DNA of 64,000 nucleotides, taken from Rhizophagus irregularis (Eukaryota). The stretch's first letter is position 1, and each line of letters starts with the position of its first letter. Below the pieces are notes generated by a model, which saw only the letters and a program-made list of their open reading frames with translations, did no database searches and had not been told where the DNA came from. The translations under genes and the position numbers were made by a program. Location: NCBI RefSeq assembly GCF_026210795.1, contig NC_089432.1, positions 62,001 to 126,000 of the forward strand, written 5' to 3'. This document shows positions 59,033 to 64,000 of the stretch, one piece after another.

Positions 59033-59715
59033 TATCAAAATCGGTATGAAAATAGGCTTCGTCAAAGAATCAGAGCAATTTATGATTAGGGTTAAATTTT
59101 GGTTAGACTTCATTGTCCCAGAATTTTTCGTATAGGAGGAAAAGCTTTAAAACATATCTAGTTGCCTTCCTGCTATACATTTTTGGTTAGACCTGGGTCA
59201 GATTTTTGGTTAGACTTCACTGTCCCAGATTTTTTCGTATAGCAGGGAAAGCTTTACAATATGTCTAGTTGCCTTCCTGCTATACATTTTTGGTTAGAGC
59301 ATGAATGGCTTAAATCATCGAATGAATCCCTTTTAGAGTATCATAAAAATAGTATGCCACAATGGATTGCTGAATCGTGCCATCGGTATTACAGACACTT
59401 CGTGTCCTTCATACCTTTGGCACTTATAAAGGCAATCTGATATAGCATAAAATTATGATACCCTGGAATGGATTCATGCGTGGTAATAATGCCTAGGAAT
59501 AAATGATGTTAATCTTATCTATAACGCTTTAGGGGGTTCTTTTTTAGCTATCAAGCAATAACATATCGGGAATCAAGGTTAGGTGGTCTGGGGATAGAAA
59601 AACAGGTATAGTGTTATCATATCAGAAAACAAGGCTAGGTGGTCTGGGGGTACACTAAATTATGGTTAGACTTATGTGATAGCCGCTGTCCCAGAACCCC
59701 CAAGATTGTCCTACT
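59033..59715 (-). repeat. Right TIR of element B
   Basis: Reverse complement of 42736-43416. Confidence 0.95.
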
Positions 59716-60409
59716 GATCCATCCAGTCAATCTGATAAATTATCCGGATCAATCTGAATCTGGTCAAATTTTGGATGGATGACCGGATATCCAGATTGAC
59801 CAGATTCAGAGCATACTTCTACTTTAAAGATTTGAAACGATCACCTTGGAAGATGATCCTTTTTTCGAAATTGAGGTAAATTTTGCCATGCATAATAGCG
59901 AATTTGTTGATTTTAACAAAAATGATTGGGTGTAAATAATTCATGATGTAAATTTTATAACTAAGCCACTATTAATAAATAATTTGTGAAACCGTTATTT
60001 GTAATTAAACAGTGATAAATATTATTGTGATCCATTTTGGCTGATTTTCTGATAGGGTGCTTATTTTTGGTATTATTTAAAATGTGAAGGTGCTTATTTT
60101 TGGGGTGCTTAATATCAGCAAAATATGGTATTCCACAAATCTGCAAATATCCAAAGTACCACAATTCAATTGGGAATATTTGCGAGATTGCGGAATATTT
60201 GCGGATTTGTGGAATGTCTGCAAAAAAAACCAAAGTTTTTTTTAATGAAATATAATTTTTTAATTTAACTAATAAAAAATATATTTCCTCTTATTATTAA
60301 TCATAAAAAAAAATCATTTTTCATTAACAAAATTTAAAAAAAATGATTTTATTTTTTAGAAAAAGATGGATCGGTAATTGGAAAAAACTGTCAGAAACGG
60401 CATTTTCTC

Positions 60410-61165
60410 TTATTATAACTGCAAAAAAAATGCTGAAACTAATAGTTCTGGCAATTTTAATAAAAAAAATAAAAAAAAATGCCGGAAATAATAGTTTCAG
60501 CGTTTTTATAAAAAATTAAATAAAAAATGCCAAAATTAATAATTCTGGCGTTTTTATATAAAAAAAATAAAAATTGAAATGCCAGAACAAATAGTTCTGG
60601 CATTTTAATAAAAAAAAGTCAAAAAAAAATGCCAGAACTTATAGTTCTGGCATTTTTATATAAAAATTTAAAAAAACGTTAAGACCCATAGTTCTGGTGT
60701 TTTTATATAAAAAAAAATTAAAAGAAAATGCTGGAACTATAGTAGTTCTGACGTTTTTATATAAAAAAAAATTAAAGAAAATGCTGGAACCATAGCTCTG
60801 ACGTTTTTATATAGAAAAAAATCAAAGAAAATGCTAGAACTATAGTTTTGGCATTTTTATATAAAAAAAATCAAAAGAAAATACCAGAACTATGATTCCA
60901 GCGTTTTTATACAAAAAAAAATTAAAAGAAAACGTCAGAACCATAGTTCCAGCATTTTTATATAAAAAAAAATTAAAGAAAATACCGGAACTATAGTTTC
61001 GGCATTTTTATATAAGAAAAAATCAAAAGAAAATGACAGAACTATAGTTCCAGCGTTTTTTATATAAAAAAAATTAAAAGAAAATGCCAGAACTCATAGT
61101 TCTAGCGTTTTTATATAAAAAATTAAAAGAAAACTCCAGAACCTATAGTTCTGACATTTTTATAA
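60410..61165. repeat. ~60-bp tandem array with an internal palindrome
   Basis: About 12 copies of AAATGCCAGAACTATAGTTCTGGCATTTTTATATAAAAAAA. Confidence 0.88.
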
Positions 61166-61179
61166 CTAACAGTTATGGG

Positions 61180-62539
61180 TAAAGATGTTAGCCGTAACTG
61201 TAATATTACAGATGTCGTATGTAATAGGTTGCAACCTATCTACATTAAAAAGCAAAAGTTGTAATGCTGTAATTAGGTTGTAATGCCATAATTAGGTCGT
61301 AATACTGTAATTAGGTCTTAATGCCGTAACTAATCCGTAATGCCGTAATTCCGAAATTACATATGTAATTTCGGCCAGAATTATGCACTTAATTTTAGCA
61401 GAAATTAACAAATATCCTAAAAAGGAAAGTGTTGTTACACAAAATTCTAGTGTCGTTCCCACTAAAATCAATTTTTGTGGAATGGCTATCGCCAAAAAAG
61501 GAAAGATCTGGATTCCCGTTTTGGCTGAATTATGATTTTCAGCTGAAATTACATGTTTAGGCTGCTCCAATTTAATAGTTTGTTTAACGTCCTAACTTTA
61601 TATAAAAATTGAGGGGAGGGAGGGGGTCAAATTAAGTAAACATTTAAAAATAAACATAGTTTTTTCTTTATTACTCAATGCATTTTTACTAAAAATACAT
61701 CTTAATTTATTACAGATAATGCAATTAATAAGTTTACATATATTACTTTTATTAATTATACCATTTTCTTTGGTAGATTCAAATACACTGGAAAGAAATT
61801 CTTTTAAATATTATACAGATTGGTGATGTTATTATAAGTCACGTGATATAACATATGTTTGTTTATTTTTAAAAATTTTTCAAAAATGTAGGGGGTGGTG
61901 ACGTTAAACAAACTATTAAATTGGAGTGGTCTTAAGTGAAATTACGTTAATTTTGGCCGGAATTATATTTCGGATTTCAGATTTCAGATTTTAGGAAATA
62001 TGTGACCGTGTAATTTCAATTTTAAGGGGTAAATAATATTAATAATAATAATAATAATAATAATTTTTTTTTTGTAAAAAAGTTTATATGTAAATTATGC
62101 ATAAAATCATCTAATTATTAAAGATATTATGCTAATTTAATATAAATTTTTTGAAAAAAACTTAATATTTCCCTCCTTCCACTTCCGACCACCCACCCCT
62201 AGGGATTTTAGTTCATTATATAATTTTTTTCTTTACATGAACGCGTATACAAAATACAAAAAAAAACGCGACGCGTCTTATGTACCCCTAAAAATTAAAA
62301 TTACACAACATATAAACTATTGTAATTTACTTTTATAATTCATTACTTTTATTTTAAATTTTTATGGCATTAAAAATTACGACATTACAGCCTAATTATA
62401 GTATTGCGACCTAATTACAGCATTACGACCCAATTACAGCATTACGGCCTAATTACAGTATTACGAAAAGTGTCATAACTGTAATGCTTTATGCTGTAAT
62501 ATTACGGCATCGGCCAATCAATTACGGCTAACATCTTTA
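61180..62539. mobile_element. hAT-like MITE
   Basis: TAAAGATGTTAGCCGTAA...TTACGGCTAACATCTTTA; exact 8-bp TSD GTTATGGG. Confidence 0.88.
61560..61931. mobile_element. PIF/Harbinger-like MITE
   Basis: TIR G(G/A)C(T/C)(G/A)CTCCAATTTAATAGTTTGTTTAACGTC; TTA on both sides. Confidence 0.75.
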
Positions 62540-62662
62540 GTTATGGGCAGCCAATTAGAATTGCAGAATTGCGAGTTACTAACTGCAATTCAACTCCAAA
62601 ATCTGCAATATTGCAGATTTTAAAAATCATTTGCAGACCCATCCTTACTCCATATATAATTT

Positions 62663-63199
62663 CACAGGTCAAAAAGTGAAAAATCAGGCATCAATCAGGC
62701 ACCAATCGGTCACCAATCAGGTACCTGATTGGTGACAGATTGGTGCCTGATTGGCATTTTTGCCAAATACCGTCACCAATCAGGCAGTTTGCTAACTTTT
62801 GATCCAGTGATCAGAAAAGAGTAAAATATAGCTCATTGGAATCACCTCAACAAGACGAATCTAATGGTAGTAAAATCGCATTTTTAGGATTAATACATGA
62901 TGAGAAATTAAGTAAAATGTAAAAATAAAAATATATCATTTATATTTTATTTAATTTTTTATTAACTATTAATTCTAAAAATGTGATTTTACTACCATTA
63001 GATTCATCTTATTGAGACGATTCCAATGAGCTATATTTCATCCTTTTCTGATCACTAGATCAAAAGTTAGCAAACTGCCTGATTGGTGACAGTATTTGGC
63101 GAAAATGCCAATCAGGCACCAATCAGTCACCAATCAGTCACCAATCAGCTACTTGATTGGTGACCGATTGGTGCCTGATTTTTCACTTTTTGACCTGTG
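62663..63199. mobile_element. Palindromic CAC-ended MITE, copy 2
   Basis: CACAGGTC...GACCTGTG; 3-bp TSD TTT; same family as 23151-23674. Confidence 0.85.
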
Positions 63200-64000
63200 T
63201 TTGAAAAAATCAAGTATATATACATATATAGACAAATATATATAGAAATTCTAATTATCAGTTAAAAGTAACTTTAACTACAATTAATATAATGGTTAAA
63301 TTATTTTCAAATGGATTTTCTCAATCACAAGATGATTAGCTAATCAGATTTTACCTTATCTCATACTCAAAATTAGTAATATATACAATCACAATGATGT
63401 TATAGATGTCATATAAATATTTGCATATTACATTATCCCAGTAAAAAGTCATCATATGGAAATTGTACAATTTTTGTTTAGTTTTTGTAATTATTGTCCA
63501 ATTTTCATTCAGTATTCGTATAATTGAATCAAATTTTATTTTTTTGTAAAATTTAAATGTACAATTATTGTAAGATCTATTACATTTAATAAATAGAAAT
63601 TGTACAATTTTTATATTTTAAATTTGTAACTATTATTTATTATATTCATTTAAACAAAATTCGTACAATTTGTTCAATTTTTTAAATTTAGTTGAAAAAT
63701 TAATTATATTGATTTTCAGACTACTTTTGTAATGATTTTCGCGTTATAAAAATATGACTGTACATCAGTATATGATATAATCCGCAGTTCGATGACTTCA
63801 ATCAACTTTTTTCTTTTAAACTTTTTTTTCATTTTAAACTTTTTTTTTCTTTTAAACTTTTTTTTTAAATTTTTTTTACATTTTTCCCTTTTCCTTCAAT
63901 TCGTTTGCCCTTTTACTTTCCTTTGTACCTATATATGGCCTGGTAATTCTCTATTTTCGTATAAATACATAATTCGTAATTCTGGTAATTAATTACCAGA

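Larger units (their letters stand above)
42736..59715. mobile_element. Polinton/Maverick-like element B (integrase, Gag, aspartic protease, CRN cargo, pPolB)
   Basis: AGTAGGACAATC...GATTGTCCTACT; TIRs 42736-43416 and 59033-59715, nearly identical; TSD GATCC (42731-42735, 59716-59720). Confidence 0.95.
40908..59821. mobile_element. Non-autonomous hAT-like element that hosts element B
   Basis: TAGAGGTGTGCTC...GAGCATACTTCTA; exact 8-bp TSD CTTTAAAG; CCGGAT/ATCC subterminal repeats. Confidence 0.85.
39118..60128. mobile_element. pogo/Tigger-like element, interrupted
   Basis: Imperfect TIRs CTGTATTTGGCGGTAAATAAGCA and TGCTTAATATCAGCAAAATATGG; TA flanks; contains a DDE_1 transposase. Confidence 0.65.
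38990..62647. mobile_element. Outer non-autonomous hAT-like element
   Basis: TAAGGATGG...CCATCCTTA; exact 8-bp TSD CTCCATAT; TGCAGA/TTGCGG subterminal repeats. Confidence 0.82.

Overview
This is AT-rich eukaryotic DNA with short GT-AG introns. Crinkler (CRN) genes with LWKV and HIH(I/V)xV motifs suggest an arbuscular mycorrhizal fungus (Glomeromycotina, Rhizophagus-like; inference). Most of the window is nested DNA transposons. The main result is two complete, mutually divergent Polinton/Maverick-like elements: A (2028-17156, ~15.1 kb, ~460-bp TIRs, 5-bp TSD) and B (42736-59715, ~17.0 kb, ~680-bp TIRs, 5-bp TSD). Both encode a protein-primed family B DNA polymerase and a retroviral-type DDE integrase. 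A also encodes an SF3 helicase and an A32-like packaging ATPase. I see no double jelly-roll capsid, penton or adenain protease in either. Instead, both carry a retrotransposon-type Gag (long coiled coil + capsid-like domain; CCHC knuckle in B). In both, Gag is followed by a retropepsin aspartic protease in the -1 frame across a conserved TTAG-NNN-A9/10 slippery site, with no reverse transcriptase, RNase H or LTRs. B has a second candidate -1 frameshift into a zinc-finger ORF and carries a spliced, apparently intact CRN effector gene. A carries two F-box-like ORFs. Both copies have nonsense or frameshift lesions, some of which may be consensus errors. Other content: an apparently intact Sola3-like TTAA transposon, a decayed pogo element, Harbinger and CRN remnants, an OTT_1508-like deaminase gene, many MITEs, and three tandem arrays of hairpin-containing exon-intron-like units. 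All domain calls are by-eye motif recognition, not database searches.
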